NCBI GenBank assembly: GCA_017462615.1
Contig: JAFTQT010000121.1
Location: 1 to 52,405 of the forward strand
DNA length: 52,405 bases
Reading direction: 5' to 3'
Origin: Clostridia bacterium
GTDB lineage: Bacteria; Bacillota; Clostridia; Oscillospirales; CAG-272
Shown here: piece after piece, positions 27,700-36,908 of the stretch
Position numbering within the stretch: position 1 is the first letter of the stretch
How the letters are laid out: every line of letters begins with the position of its first letter
Notes under the pieces: generated by a model
Databases searched by the model: none
What the model was told of the DNA's origin: nothing
The model's input: the letters and a program-made list of their open reading frames with translations, nothing else
Position numbers and translations under genes: made by a program

Positions 27700-28548
27700 A
27701 TGGCAAAAACCGTGCTTGGCATCGATGTCGGAGGCAGTACCACAAAGATCGTAGGCTTTCGCGAAAACGAAAATGGACGGGAGCTGATCTCCCCCCAGTT
27801 CGTACGTGCCAATGATCCCATTACCTCTATTTACGGCGCTTTCGGCAAATTCACAATGGAAAATAATCTCTCCCTGAACGATATTGATCGCGTTATGATG
27901 ACCGGCGCCGGCTCCGCATTCATCGACCGTCCTCTGTACGAGGGACTGCGTTGCCACACAGTACCGGAATTCAACAGTGTGGGCCAGGGCGGCCTGTATC
28001 TTTCCGGCCTCGACGAGGCCATCGTGGTCAGCATGGGAACCGGCACGGCGCTGATCCACGCAAAACGGGATAGCGACACCGCAAAAATCGAATATCTGGG
28101 CGGCACCGGTGTCGGTGGTGGCACCTTGATCGGTCTTTCCCGTCAGATGATCGACGTGGACAATATTGACCACATCGAGCAGCTGTGCCGAGAAGGCGAC
28201 CTCTCCAACATTGACCTTCGCATCAGCGATATCTCCAACCGCAACTTTTACGATGGAGTGAATTACGAGCTGACCGCCTCCAATTTCGGAAAATTGAGCG
28301 ATCTTGCCAGCAAAAGCGACATCGCCCTCGGCATTGCCAATATGGTCGGCGAAACCATCGGTATGCTGGCAGTATTTGCCGCACGCAGTTACCACCTGGA
28401 TCGCGTCGTGCTTACGGGCAATCTCACCACGCTGGATCCCATCCGCCGCGTATTCGACATTTTGGAGGCAACCTTCCACATTCGCTTCATCATTCCCGAA
28501 AACGCGCAATACGGCACCGTGATCGGTGCCGCGCTCAGCAAGCTCTAA
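27700..28548 (+). CDS. coaW: Type II pantothenate kinase
   Basis: Collinear with staphylococcal CoaW blocks: GIDVGGSTTKIV, MTGAGSA, EFNSVGQGG, SMGTGTA, LGGTGVGGGTLIGL, NIDLRISDI, LTASNFG and PENAQYGTVIGA. Confidence 0.82.
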   Translation: MAKTVLGIDVGGSTTKIVGFRENENGRELISPQFVRANDPITSIYGAFGKFTMENNLSLNDIDRVMMTGAGSAFIDRPLYEGLRCHTVPEFNSVGQGGLYLSGLDEAIVVSMGTGTALIHAKRDSDTAKIEYLGGTGVGGGTLIGLSRQMIDVDNIDHIEQLCREGDLSNIDLRISDISNRNFYDGVNYELTASNFGKLSDLASKSDIALGIANMVGETIGMLAVFAARSYHLDRVVLTGNLTTLDPIRRVFDILEATFHIRFIIPENAQYGTVIGAALSKL

Positions 28549-28554
28549 ATATTC

Positions 28555-28591
28555 AAAAAGCACCGGTAGCCGTAGCTTCCGGTGCTTTTTG
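28555..28591. terminator. Bidirectional rho-independent terminator between convergent genes
   Basis: Stem AGCACCGG / CCGGTGCT with a 12-nt loop, flanked by A5 and T5. Confidence 0.8.
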
Positions 28592-28592
28592 T

Positions 28593-30962
28593 TCAGCGCT
28601 TGATGATATATTTGTCGTATTCTTCGATAGGAATATAATCGTTTTCACGATGCCCTGACTCAGATAGTCCGGCATTATAAAGACCGGTCTCACTCTCACT
28701 TCGCAAACGGTAATCCGCGCCATCCTTGGTTATGGTAACGGTCGTATTGTACCCATCCTGGATAATGATGTACCGCACAGAGTCAATATCGGTTGCCACA
28801 GCCGCGTGAATGTTATATGCCCAATAGCCACTATTGGGATTCGTGGTCTCCCGGAAGAACTGCTCACTTGACGGCCACCAGATACAGGTCGGTGCCACCA
28901 AGCGATATAGCGCCAGCTCACAGCCCTGGAAGCCGTGATGCGCCAGCTGCACCATATCGGATTTGAGATAAGAGCCGTACATCGCACGTAAGCACTTGCT
29001 GCCGTTCTGATAAAGATCTCCGAGCCACAGCGCGCTGGTAGGCACACCCTGACGATTGCCGTTACCGTCGGTGCTATAGAACGTTGTTCGAATCACAGTA
29101 GAACTATCGTTGAAGTAATTGAAGCGCACCTCGCCAAGATCCTCATGGGTGTAAAGCACCTCAATCTCCATATTTCTCAAATAAAATTTTTGGCCGGTAT
29201 GCAGCTTGATATAGCTCATGCCGTTCTTGGTAAGCCGCTGGATACGAAGCAGCTGATCCCGCACGTAATTGGTAGGGTTATAGGAATTGTAGTCCTCCTC
29301 ATCAGATGTGAAATTGGCCAACAGCTTTTCTACCACAAACTGATTGCCGTAATCCTCACACAGGTTCAAAAAGTTGGAATAATGGTCGCCGTGTCCGTGT
29401 GACAGATACCAGGCAGCAATCGTCAAGGGGCGCTCGACGGTGGGAAATTCCCCAAAGGACTGGTAGTGAAGATCACGCAAAAGATTGTAGAGCCTTGTGG
29501 TATCCGCTTTGATGTTCATACCGCTGTCATAGACCACCATGGAGCCATCCTCCAGCGTAAACACGTAGGAGTTGCCGTAAACACTATTATCACTCTGATA
29601 GGACAGACGCATGGACGTGATCTTGCTGTTAGTAACCTTCGTGTAGCTCTGTTTTGGGGTCAGCTCCGATTCCTTCACCAAATTTGCCTTTTCAAGATAG
29701 GCGGAAACAATGCGCAGCGTTGGCGTAAACATTCGCAAGCCCTGCGCATCTGCATACTCGTATGCCGCAAACGTGACGTAAAGCACAGCCCTGTCCTTGT
29801 CATTGATCAGAGTGGAAAAAAGACTCTCGCCTATTTGATTTTCTTCGCGCACCTGAAAGCCGCTATTCTTTAGTTGCGTAATATAGGCCGAATAGGCATC
29901 GGCTCCAACGCCGTCACCGATATAATAATACGCCACGGCGCCGTCCGCCACGTCACGCGTGTGAGACAGCGAGATCCCCTCCCCTGTGGGATGAGGAAAA
30001 TTTGTGTACCAGCCGGTGACCCGCGCCGCAGTCCATACCATATTCGCGGGCAGACGGACAACCGTTTTTCCGCTTTCATCCTTAAACTTACTCACATCCG
30101 CAAGAGTTTTGAACAGCGTCACCGCCGCACGGATCCCCGCGTCGTTTGTGCCCGTTACGGCAATTTTTGAACCGCTGATCGCCACACCATAGGTATGAGC
30201 ATCCAACAGCTTCAGCAAGGGCTCCGAAACGGCGCGGGCGGTGTTTCCCACTGCAATTTCCTTGGATAATTCAAACATTGCATCATTTGTAATTTTAAGA
30301 TCTGTAGCCTTCTTTCCCAAGGTACCCGCTAAGTTCGAGCGCAGATCATAGGCCGCTTGCACAGGATAGTCGTAGCCATTGGGATTGGCAGCGATCGTTA
30401 CGGTGCTATCGTAGGAATTGCCCTTTTTATCATCCAATTTAGAGGAGTACACAACGATGTATTTTTCGTCCACGTCGACCATTTCCACGTTGGAAACGAC
30501 CATGCTTGCGGGAACGGGCACAGCGGAGGCAGAGGCGGAAAGACAGGTCTCGAGAAAAGCATCCAGGGCCATCATCGTCAGTACCCGCGTGGTACCCACA
30601 ATCACAATTTTATCCTTGCTCTTGCAGATCGCATAGCCATCGCCCTCGATTTTGGCAGCTGCATTTTGAGATTCCGGTCGATCCGTATCACCCACCAAAA
30701 TCTCATACTGCGTTTCGCTTACACGGTCAGCCTTGCAGTCAATTTTTGTCCCAAGCGAGGCATTCACGTCAGTTGCAAACGCTTCGATCTTCGTTTTGAA
30801 AACGCTGTTGCTGAGATTACTTGCATAAACAACGCGATAATTGGAAATATCCGTGCTTTTCACCTTCTGGCAGGCGGATAAGAGCACCGCCGTAAAACCG
30901 CAAAGGCTTACTGTCAGTATGAACGCAAATATCCTTTGACGAATTCTTTTTTTCATAAGCAC
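28593..30962 (-). CDS. Lipoprotein with two tandem N-terminal alpha/beta domains and a C-terminal metallo-beta-lactamase-fold domain
   Basis: Signal peptide with lipobox LLSAC. Two segments are related: YRVVYASNLS...EILVGDTDRPE...YAICKSKDKIVIVGTT and YIVVYSSKLD...EIAVGNTARA...YGVAISGSKIAVTGTN. The MBL motif is LSHGHGDHY. Confidence 0.6.
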   Translation of the reverse strand: MLMKKRIRQRIFAFILTVSLCGFTAVLLSACQKVKSTDISNYRVVYASNLSNSVFKTKIEAFATDVNASLGTKIDCKADRVSETQYEILVGDTDRPESQNAAAKIEGDGYAICKSKDKIVIVGTTRVLTMMALDAFLETCLSASASAVPVPASMVVSNVEMVDVDEKYIVVYSSKLDDKKGNSYDSTVTIAANPNGYDYPVQAAYDLRSNLAGTLGKKATDLKITNDAMFELSKEIAVGNTARAVSEPLLKLLDAHTYGVAISGSKIAVTGTNDAGIRAAVTLFKTLADVSKFKDESGKTVVRLPANMVWTAARVTGWYTNFPHPTGEGISLSHTRDVADGAVAYYYIGDGVGADAYSAYITQLKNSGFQVREENQIGESLFSTLINDKDRAVLYVTFAAYEYADAQGLRMFTPTLRIVSAYLEKANLVKESELTPKQSYTKVTNSKITSMRLSYQSDNSVYGNSYVFTLEDGSMVVYDSGMNIKADTTRLYNLLRDLHYQSFGEFPTVERPLTIAAWYLSHGHGDHYSNFLNLCEDYGNQFVVEKLLANFTSDEEDYNSYNPTNYVRDQLLRIQRLTKNGMSYIKLHTGQKFYLRNMEIEVLYTHEDLGEVRFNYFNDSSTVIRTTFYSTDGNGNRQGVPTSALWLGDLYQNGSKCLRAMYGSYLKSDMVQLAHHGFQGCELALYRLVAPTCIWWPSSEQFFRETTNPNSGYWAYNIHAAVATDIDSVRYIIIQDGYNTTVTITKDGADYRLRSESETGLYNAGLSESGHRENDYIPIEEYDKYIIKR

Positions 30963-30991
30963 CTCACATAAAGCAGTCGTTTTGTGTGTCT

Positions 30992-31020
30992 ATTATACCA
31001 CGCCCCCTCTGCATTTTCAA
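30992..31020 (-). promoter_or_regulatory. Putative sigma-A promoter of the lipoprotein gene
   Basis: On the minus strand: TTGAAA, 17 nt, (TGg)TATAAT. Confidence 0.5.
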
Positions 31021-31143
31021 GCAAGCCGTTTATCTTTTGGCACCCAAAGCTTGAAATTCATCACTTTACACAAATAGGGCTCTTTTCCTGATAAAAATGC
31101 GCCGAAAAAATTTGCTTTTTTGCAAAAAACCACTTCAACTCCC

Positions 31144-31173
31144 TTGACAGCCTACAGTCTTGAATGATATAAT
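31144..31173 (+). promoter_or_regulatory. Sigma-A promoter of alaS with an extended -10
   Basis: TTGACA (31144-31149), 18 nt, TGaTATAAT (31165-31173). Confidence 0.6.
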
Positions 31174-31217
31174 ATCAAAGTATATGATTATTTTTCATTA
31201 TGAAAGGTTTGATAGCT

Positions 31218-33848
31218 ATGAAATGGACTTCCCTCAATGAGCTGCGCGAAAAATACCTTGCCTTCTTCGAATCCAAGGGCCATCTGCGTCTGCCCTCTTA
31301 TCCGCTGGTTCCCATCAACGATAAATCTCTTCTGCTCATCAACTCCGGTATGGCACCGATGAAAAAGTTCTTTACCGGTGAGGAGGAGCCGCCCCGCCGC
31401 CGTGTCACCACCTGTCAGAAGTGCATCCGCACCCCCGACCTGGAGCGCGTGGGCCACACCGCCCGTCATGGCACCTTTTTTGAGATGCTTGGCAACTTCT
31501 CCTTTGGTGATTACTTCAAAAACGAAGCCATTCCGTGGGCTTGGGAGTTTCTGACCGAAACGCTGGAAATTCCCGCAGAGCTGCTCTGGCCCTCCGTCTA
31601 CGAGCAGGATGACGAGGCCTTTGAGCTCTGGAACAAGGTCATTGGCGTACCTGCTGAGCGCATCACCAAGCTGGGCAAGGCCGATAACTTCTGGGAGCAT
31701 GGCACCGGCCCCTGTGGCCCTTGCTCCGAGATCTACTTCGACCGCGGCGAAAAGTACGGCTGCGGCTCTCCCGACTGCCGTCCCGGCTGCGATTGTGACC
31801 GCTTTATGGAGATCTGGAACAACGTATTCTCCCAGTTCAACAACGACGGCAACGGCAATTACACCGAGCTTGCACAGAAGAACATTGACACCGGCATGGG
31901 TCTGGAGCGCCTCGCGTGCGTCATGCAGGGTGTTGACAATATGTTTGAGGTGGACACCATCCGCAAGATCCTCGATACCGTCTGCACCATCGCCGGCAAG
32001 ACCTACGGCGCTAACAAGGCCAACGACATTTCCATCCGCGTGTGCACCGACCACATCAAGAGCTCTATGTTCATGATCGCGGACGGCGTCATTCCCTCCA
32101 ATGAGGGTCGTGGCTACGTGCTGCGCCGCATCATCCGCCGCGCCTGCCGTCATGGCAAGCTCCTCGGCATTGACCGTCCCTTCCTTGTGGAGCTTTGCGA
32201 GGTGGCCATCGGCGAGAACGTGAATGCCTACCCCGAGCTTGGCGAAAAGCAGGACTACATCAAGAAGGTCATTTCCATCGAGGAGGAGCGCTTTGACGCC
32301 ACCATCGATTCCGGCCTTTCCATTCTTTCCGATATGATCAAGGATACCCTTGCCGCCGGCAGCAATACGCTTTCCGGTGAGGACGCCTTTAAGCTCTACG
32401 ACACCTACGGTTTCCCCCTCGACCTGACCCGCGAGATCGCAGAGGAAAAGGGGCTTGCCATTGACGAGGAGGGCTTCACGGCCCTTATGCAGGAGCAGCG
32501 CACCCGTGCCCGTGCCGCAAGAGGCAATATCAGCGGCTGGAGCGATTCCTCCAAGGCGCTGCTGAACGATCTTGCAAAGACCGAATTCGTCGGCTATGGC
32601 AACACCGTCGCTGATGCAAAGGTGCTGGCCATCATCGTGGACGATATGCTGGTAAATGAGGTTTCCGAGGGTGACTGTACGCTGGTGCTGGACAAGACTC
32701 CCTTCTACGGTGAGGGTGGTGGTCAGGTTGGTGACACCGGTCTCGTTTCCTCCGAGGCGGGCCAAGCTATTGTAGTAGACACCAAGAAGGCCGAGGGTAT
32801 TTATCTCCACATTTGCACCGTGCAAAACGGCATCATCCGCGTAGGCGACTGCCTCAAGGCCGAGGTTGACGCCGCAAGACGCGCCGCCATTATGCGCAAC
32901 CACTCTTCCCTGCACCTGCTGCAGGCGGCTCTCCGTCAGGTGCTGGGCACTCACGTGGAGCAGGCTGGCTCTTACGTAGACGAGCAGCGCGGCCGCTTTG
33001 ACTTCACTCATTTCGCCGCACTCACCGCCGAGGAGATCGCCAAGGTGGAGGCTGTAGTGAACGCCAACATCCTTGCAGGTGTGACTGTTGATACCGTTGA
33101 AACCGACATTGAAAACGCCAAGAAAATGGGCGCGATGATGCTCTTTGGAGAAAAGTACGGCAGCGTCGTTCGCGTTGTGAAGATGGGTGAGTGCTCCACC
33201 GAATTCTGCGGCGGTACCCACGTGGATAACACCGCCAAGGTTGGCCTGTTCCGCATCGTTTCCGAGGCCTCTGTTGCCTCCGGTGTGCGCCGTATCGAGG
33301 CCGTAACCGGTGCCAACGTGCTGGCTCTGCTGGACGAAAAGGACAAGCTTCTTGCTGATACTGCCAAGGAGATCAAGGCACAGAACGTCACCGAGCTGGT
33401 GAAGCGCTCCGCCGCTGTGATGGCTGAGTTGAAGGAGCAGAAGAGAGAGATCGATTCCCTCAACTCCAAGCTGGCAGCTACCAAACTGGATGCCATTCTT
33501 TCCGGTGCCGTTTCCGTGAAATCTGTCAAGCTGGTTACTGCCCGTCTGGACGGTATGCAGATCGACGTAGCCCGCACGCTGGCCGATGAGATCAAGGCCT
33601 CGAACGATGACGTCGTTGCCGTTCTGGCCGTTGCCACTGACGGCAAGCTCAATTTCATTGCCGTTGCCGGCAAGAATGCCGTTGTAAGCGGTGCTCACGC
33701 AGGCAAGCTGGTAGGTGCCGTTGCTGCCGTGACCGGCGGTAAGGGTGGCGGACGCCCCGACAACGCTATGGCCGGTGGCCGCGATATCGGCAAGATCGAT
33801 GAAGCGCTGGCAGCCGCTGCAGCAACGCTGGAAGCACAGCTGCACTGA
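31218..33848 (+). CDS. alaS: Alanine--tRNA ligase
   Basis: The start MKWTSLNELREKYLAFFESKGH is canonical (an alternative ATG lies at 31200). Also contains FEMLGNFSFGDYFK, the editing domain HSSLHLLQ...CGGTH and a C-terminal DHHA1 domain. Confidence 0.97.
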   Translation: MKWTSLNELREKYLAFFESKGHLRLPSYPLVPINDKSLLLINSGMAPMKKFFTGEEEPPRRRVTTCQKCIRTPDLERVGHTARHGTFFEMLGNFSFGDYFKNEAIPWAWEFLTETLEIPAELLWPSVYEQDDEAFELWNKVIGVPAERITKLGKADNFWEHGTGPCGPCSEIYFDRGEKYGCGSPDCRPGCDCDRFMEIWNNVFSQFNNDGNGNYTELAQKNIDTGMGLERLACVMQGVDNMFEVDTIRKILDTVCTIAGKTYGANKANDISIRVCTDHIKSSMFMIADGVIPSNEGRGYVLRRIIRRACRHGKLLGIDRPFLVELCEVAIGENVNAYPELGEKQDYIKKVISIEEERFDATIDSGLSILSDMIKDTLAAGSNTLSGEDAFKLYDTYGFPLDLTREIAEEKGLAIDEEGFTALMQEQRTRARAARGNISGWSDSSKALLNDLAKTEFVGYGNTVADAKVLAIIVDDMLVNEVSEGDCTLVLDKTPFYGEGGGQVGDTGLVSSEAGQAIVVDTKKAEGIYLHICTVQNGIIRVGDCLKAEVDAARRAAIMRNHSSLHLLQAALRQVLGTHVEQAGSYVDEQRGRFDFTHFAALTAEEIAKVEAVVNANILAGVTVDTVETDIENAKKMGAMMLFGEKYGSVVRVVKMGECSTEFCGGTHVDNTAKVGLFRIVSEASVASGVRRIEAVTGANVLALLDEKDKLLADTAKEIKAQNVTELVKRSAAVMAELKEQKREIDSLNSKLAATKLDAILSGAVSVKSVKLVTARLDGMQIDVARTLADEIKASNDDVVAVLAVATDGKLNFIAVAGKNAVVSGAHAGKLVGAVAAVTGGKGGGRPDNAMAGGRDIGKIDEALAAAAATLEAQLH

Positions 33849-33856
33849 ACAAAATA

Positions 33857-33893
33857 GAAAAAGCCTCGCAGCCAATGGCTGCGAGGCTTTTTG
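33857..33893. terminator. Rho-independent terminator downstream of alaS (bidirectional)
   Basis: 13-bp stem AAGCCTCGCAGCC / GGCTGCGAGGCTT with a 3-nt loop and a T-run. Confidence 0.9.
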
Positions 33894-33905
33894 GTTATGA
33901 AATTT

Positions 33906-34289
33906 TTAGTTCTCACGCCACTTGGAGCTTTGATATTCGATCGGCACATTTTCTTCCCCCAGCGGATTTTTGTATCCCATCTTCTCAAGCTCGTCAAACC
34001 ACCTATCCCTTTGACTGGGAGGTAATTTTTTTCCACACCACGGACAGTATTTTATCGATAAAACAGATATGTTGTCATCAGAACAAAGAAGATCGTATTC
34101 GTCAAACCTTTCATCATACCGTACAGACTTGGTTTCTTGTATGCTTTCCGTCATTTGAACGCAACAAAACGAATGGTTCTTCATAGCCCTATGTATTCCT
34201 TTCATGGCAAATTCACTCAATTCATTGTCAAAACCAATCTCTTTCACGTAAGATGATTGCGACAAACACATCCACTTCGATCTGCGCAT
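33906..34289 (-). CDS. Small low-GC hypothetical protein with a CC...CPWCG motif; start uncertain (34289, 34205 or 34184)
   Basis: The ORF abuts the M20 gene stop (TGAATG). The sequence is HSFCCVQM...DEYDLLCSDDNISVLSIKYCPWCGKKLPPSQRDRWFDELEKMGY. Hand-counted GC is about 33-43%, against 50-57% in the neighbouring gene. Confidence 0.5.
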   Translation of the reverse strand: MRRSKWMCLSQSSYVKEIGFDNELSEFAMKGIHRAMKNHSFCCVQMTESIQETKSVRYDERFDEYDLLCSDDNISVLSIKYCPWCGKKLPPSQRDRWFDELEKMGYKNPLGEENVPIEYQSSKWREN

Positions 34290-35450
34290 TCAAATTTTCA
34301 ACGTAATCGCCGCCAAGCGTTTGGCAGACTCTGCAAGAGAGGAAAGAATGCCGTACTCCTCAACGGAATGAATACGTCCGCCAGCGGTACCGAGACAGTC
34401 GATGCTGGGAATACCAAAGCTCGTGGTATCGGCAGAATCCGCTCCGCCGTTAGAATGACGGCGCTCAAGCTGCGGCAGACCCACTTCCTCAAAAATCTCG
34501 TTCATCCGTGCAAAAAGCGCATCGTTCTTCGAGCTAGGCTCCATGGCCACGCGGTAGCTGATCTGCTCCACCCGGCAGCTGCTGCCGGTAATATAGGAGC
34601 GCTCGGCAACCTCGCGCACGATACGCTCCGCACGCTCCCGCTCCTCGGCGGTGGCGAAGCGGATATCCGCCACGAAGCTGCAGCTTTCCGGCACGGTATT
34701 GGGGACGGTGCCGCCCTCAATAAGACCGCAGTTACAGGTAATGCCATGAGGCTCCTTCAGCTTTTCGAGCTCCAATATTTTATAGGCCGCCTCTGCGATA
34801 GCACTAACGGCCCCCAATTCCGCCTTGGCACAATCGCTGGAATGAACCGCCTTTCCCTTCACATAGAAGCGATACCGGGAAATACCCTTTCGCGTCAACA
34901 CCACCGTTCCGGGCTTGTGCGGCTCGGTATTCAAAAACGCCACACAGTCCTTGGCCTTTTCACACATCCAGCCGATGGTGGCCTTTCCGCTGCCCTTACT
35001 GCCGGTTTCCTCGTCACTTTGCAGCAACAGCATCACCGGACGCTCACGATAATCGCAATCATCCAGCGCCTCCATTGCCATCAAACAAGCAACGGCGCCG
35101 CCCTTGCAATCGGTCACACCCGGGCCATAGATCTTACCATCTTCTATGCGCACGGCAGGTGAGCCGAAGGAGCCAACAGGATGCACCGTATCCATATGTC
35201 CGGAAAGTGCCACGGGTGCTCCCTTGGCCTCCGGATTCATAGTAATACACACCACATTGCCAGAAACCTTCTGTTCAAAAATTTCAATTTGAAAGCCTCG
35301 CGCCCTGGCTCTTTCTATGAAATATGCGCCCACGGCGTCTACGCCTTCCTTATAGGCGGTAGGACTCTCGATAGCAGCAACCTCGGCCCAAACACGTTGA
35401 AATTCCGCGTCCAGTGCATCAATAGCTGAAAAAACGTTTTGATAAAGCAT
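34290..35450 (-). CDS. M20-family metallopeptidase (carboxypeptidase G2 / glutamate carboxypeptidase-like)
   Basis: Metal-ligand blocks LSGHMDTVHP, GVTDCKGG and LQSDEETGS, plus a C-terminal GGADS. Confidence 0.75.
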   Translation of the reverse strand: MLYQNVFSAIDALDAEFQRVWAEVAAIESPTAYKEGVDAVGAYFIERARARGFQIEIFEQKVSGNVVCITMNPEAKGAPVALSGHMDTVHPVGSFGSPAVRIEDGKIYGPGVTDCKGGAVACLMAMEALDDCDYRERPVMLLLQSDEETGSKGSGKATIGWMCEKAKDCVAFLNTEPHKPGTVVLTRKGISRYRFYVKGKAVHSSDCAKAELGAVSAIAEAAYKILELEKLKEPHGITCNCGLIEGGTVPNTVPESCSFVADIRFATAEERERAERIVREVAERSYITGSSCRVEQISYRVAMEPSSKNDALFARMNEIFEEVGLPQLERRHSNGGADSADTTSFGIPSIDCLGTAGGRIHSVEEYGILSSLAESAKRLAAITLKI

Positions 35451-35462
35451 ACTTCTCTCCTG

Positions 35463-35497
35463 TAAAAAAGTCCTGTACCGCTGGCACAGGACTTTTT
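35463..35497. terminator. Rho-independent terminator downstream of ftsZ
   Basis: Stem AGTCCTGT / ACAGGACT with a 9-nt loop, flanked by A6 and T5. Confidence 0.85.
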
Positions 35498-35504
35498 ATC
35501 ATCT

Positions 35505-36731
35505 TTATTTGCGACGGTTTCTGTTTCTGAAGATGTTCATAATCGAATCAAGGTCATCGTCGGTAATAGGAGAATCCTCCTCCACCTCATTCTGAGGAGC
35601 GGCAGGCGCCACGGGAGCGGCTACCTCAGTTTCCTCGACAGCAGCCTCCTCCGCGGGAGCCTCAGCCTCTTCCGCAGGAGCCTCGACTTCCTCTGCTGCG
35701 GGAGCAGCCGGAGCTACAGGAGCAGCGGGAGCTGCAGGAGTAACGGTATGACCCATATTGGCAACAACGGTATCTTCATTCTCAAAGCCGGTGGCAATGA
35801 TGGTTACGCGCATTTCATCATCCAGCTCGTCATCAAAGGCCAGACCCCAGATAACGTTAGCATCGGGATGAGCCTCCTGGGAGATCATGGTAGAAGCAAG
35901 ATCTACCTCCTCCAGACCTACGTCGTGAGAGGCAGTAATGCTGATCAAGATACCGTGAGCACCGTGGATAGAGGTCTCAAGCAGCGGGCTGGAAATAGCA
36001 GCTCTTGCGGAAAGCTCTGCCTTGTCGGGGCCGGTGGCACCGCCCACACCCATATGCGCGTAGCCGGCATTCTTCATGACAGCGGTCACGTCCGCGAAGT
36101 CCAGGTTGATGAAGCCGGGAACGTTGATCAGCTCGGAAACGCTCTGCACACCGCGACGGAGTACGTCGTCAGCAATTTCAAAGGCGTTGGCAAGAGTAAT
36201 GCGGGTATCGGATACCTGCTTCAGCTTCTCATTAGGGATCACTACCAGGGAGTCCACATACTGACGCAGCTCCTTGATACCAAGCTCGGCCTGCTTCATA
36301 CGGCGGCCACCCTCGAAGAGGAAGGGCTTGGTTACGATACCAACGGTAAGAATACCCATTTCATGCGCAATGCGAGCAACAACGGGAGCAGCACCGGTAC
36401 CGGTACCACCGCCCATACCGGCAGTTACAAATACCATATCTGCACCGGCCAACATCTGCTTGATGTCCTCAATGGATTCTTCGGCGGCACGCTGTCCCAC
36501 CTCGGGATCAGCACCTGCGCCAAGGCCCTTGGTGCTCTTTTCGCCAATTACCATCTGGGTAGGAGCGTCGGACTTGCGAAGAGCCTGACGGTCAGTATTG
36601 ATGGCAACAAATTCCACACCACGAATATTAGCAGCGATCATGCGGTTGACAGCGTTATTACCGCCGCCGCCTACGCCAATTACACGAATTACCACGCCAC
36701 ACTCGCGGTTATCATCACGTTCAAAAGTCAT
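35505..36731 (-). CDS. ftsZ: Cell division protein FtsZ
   Basis: Contains [17 protein letters not shown] and the tubulin signature [13 protein letters not shown], followed by an Ala/Pro/Glu-rich linker and a C-terminal [14 protein letters not shown] peptide. ATG at 36731 has a GGAGGA RBS. Confidence 0.97.
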   Translation of the reverse strand: MTFERDDNRECGVVIRVIGVGGGGNNAVNRMIAANIRGVEFVAINTDRQALRKSDAPTQMVIGEKSTKGLGAGADPEVGQRAAEESIEDIKQMLAGADMVFVTAGMGGGTGTGAAPVVARIAHEMGILTVGIVTKPFLFEGGRRMKQAELGIKELRQYVDSLVVIPNEKLKQVSDTRITLANAFEIADDVLRRGVQSVSELINVPGFINLDFADVTAVMKNAGYAHMGVGGATGPDKAELSARAAISSPLLETSIHGAHGILISITASHDVGLEEVDLASTMISQEAHPDANVIWGLAFDDELDDEMRVTIIATGFENEDTVVANMGHTVTPAAPAAPVAPAAPAAEEVEAPAEEAEAPAEEAAVEETEVAAPVAPAAPQNEVEEDSPITDDDLDSIMNIFRNRNRRK

Positions 36732-36808
36732 TATGTTTATCCTCCGTTTTTTCTTGACTGCAACCTTTGGTGAGGTCACAGACTTATCGTTATAATGTGC
36801 TATTATAT

Positions 36809-36837
36809 ATTCTAATATATTTTTATAAATTTTTCAA
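36809..36837 (-). promoter_or_regulatory. Putative dedicated promoter of ftsZ
   Basis: On the minus strand: TTGAAA, 17 nt, TAGAAT, with a TATAAT 3 nt further on, in an AT-rich spacer after the murG terminator. Confidence 0.4.
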
Positions 36838-36856
36838 GATGTTTTTGAAATATTTT

Positions 36857-36900
36857 TTAAAAAAATAGGACAATCCTCGACAAAATTATCGGGGATTGTC
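36857..36900 (-). terminator. Rho-independent terminator downstream of murG
   Basis: Stem GACAATCC / GGATTGTC with a 16-nt loop, followed on the minus strand by CTATTTTTTT. Confidence 0.65.
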
Positions 36901-36908
36901 TTTTTTGA

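Noticed and set aside
27655-28563. A 302-aa minus-strand ORF lies opposite coaW. Similar long antisense ORFs lie opposite ftsZ (35748-36773), mutS (19799-20839, 18959-19795), tldD (13676-14929), tgt (15255-16121) and the HAD gene (26782-27663).
   Set aside because: All are antisense shadows of genes with strong family signatures. None has its own RBS or motif support.
30963-31217. A possible T-box leader upstream of alaS; the 100-bp region upstream of argS (12125-12224) was also checked.
   Set aside because: A near-consensus promoter sits only about 40 nt before the alaS start. No specifier loop, T-box sequence or terminator-antiterminator pair is visible. The argS leader is about 45 nt. Both are too short for a T-box riboswitch.
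31188-33875. An 895-aa ORF on the minus strand spans the whole alaS gene.
   Set aside because: It is codon-aligned antisense to alaS: both frames have codon starts at positions divisible by 3. Antisense stops can therefore only arise from the sense codons TTA, CTA and TCA, which are rare in this GC-rich, biased gene. The translation is low-complexity (G/A/L/V-rich) with no motif, whereas the plus-strand product is an unmistakable AlaRS. This is a shadow ORF.
35560-35750. Imperfect tandem repeats occur in the DNA encoding the FtsZ C-terminal linker (APAAPAAP / EEAEAPAEE).
   Set aside because: This is a low-complexity, intrinsically disordered linker typical of FtsZ, not a repeat element. At most it is a source of length polymorphism.
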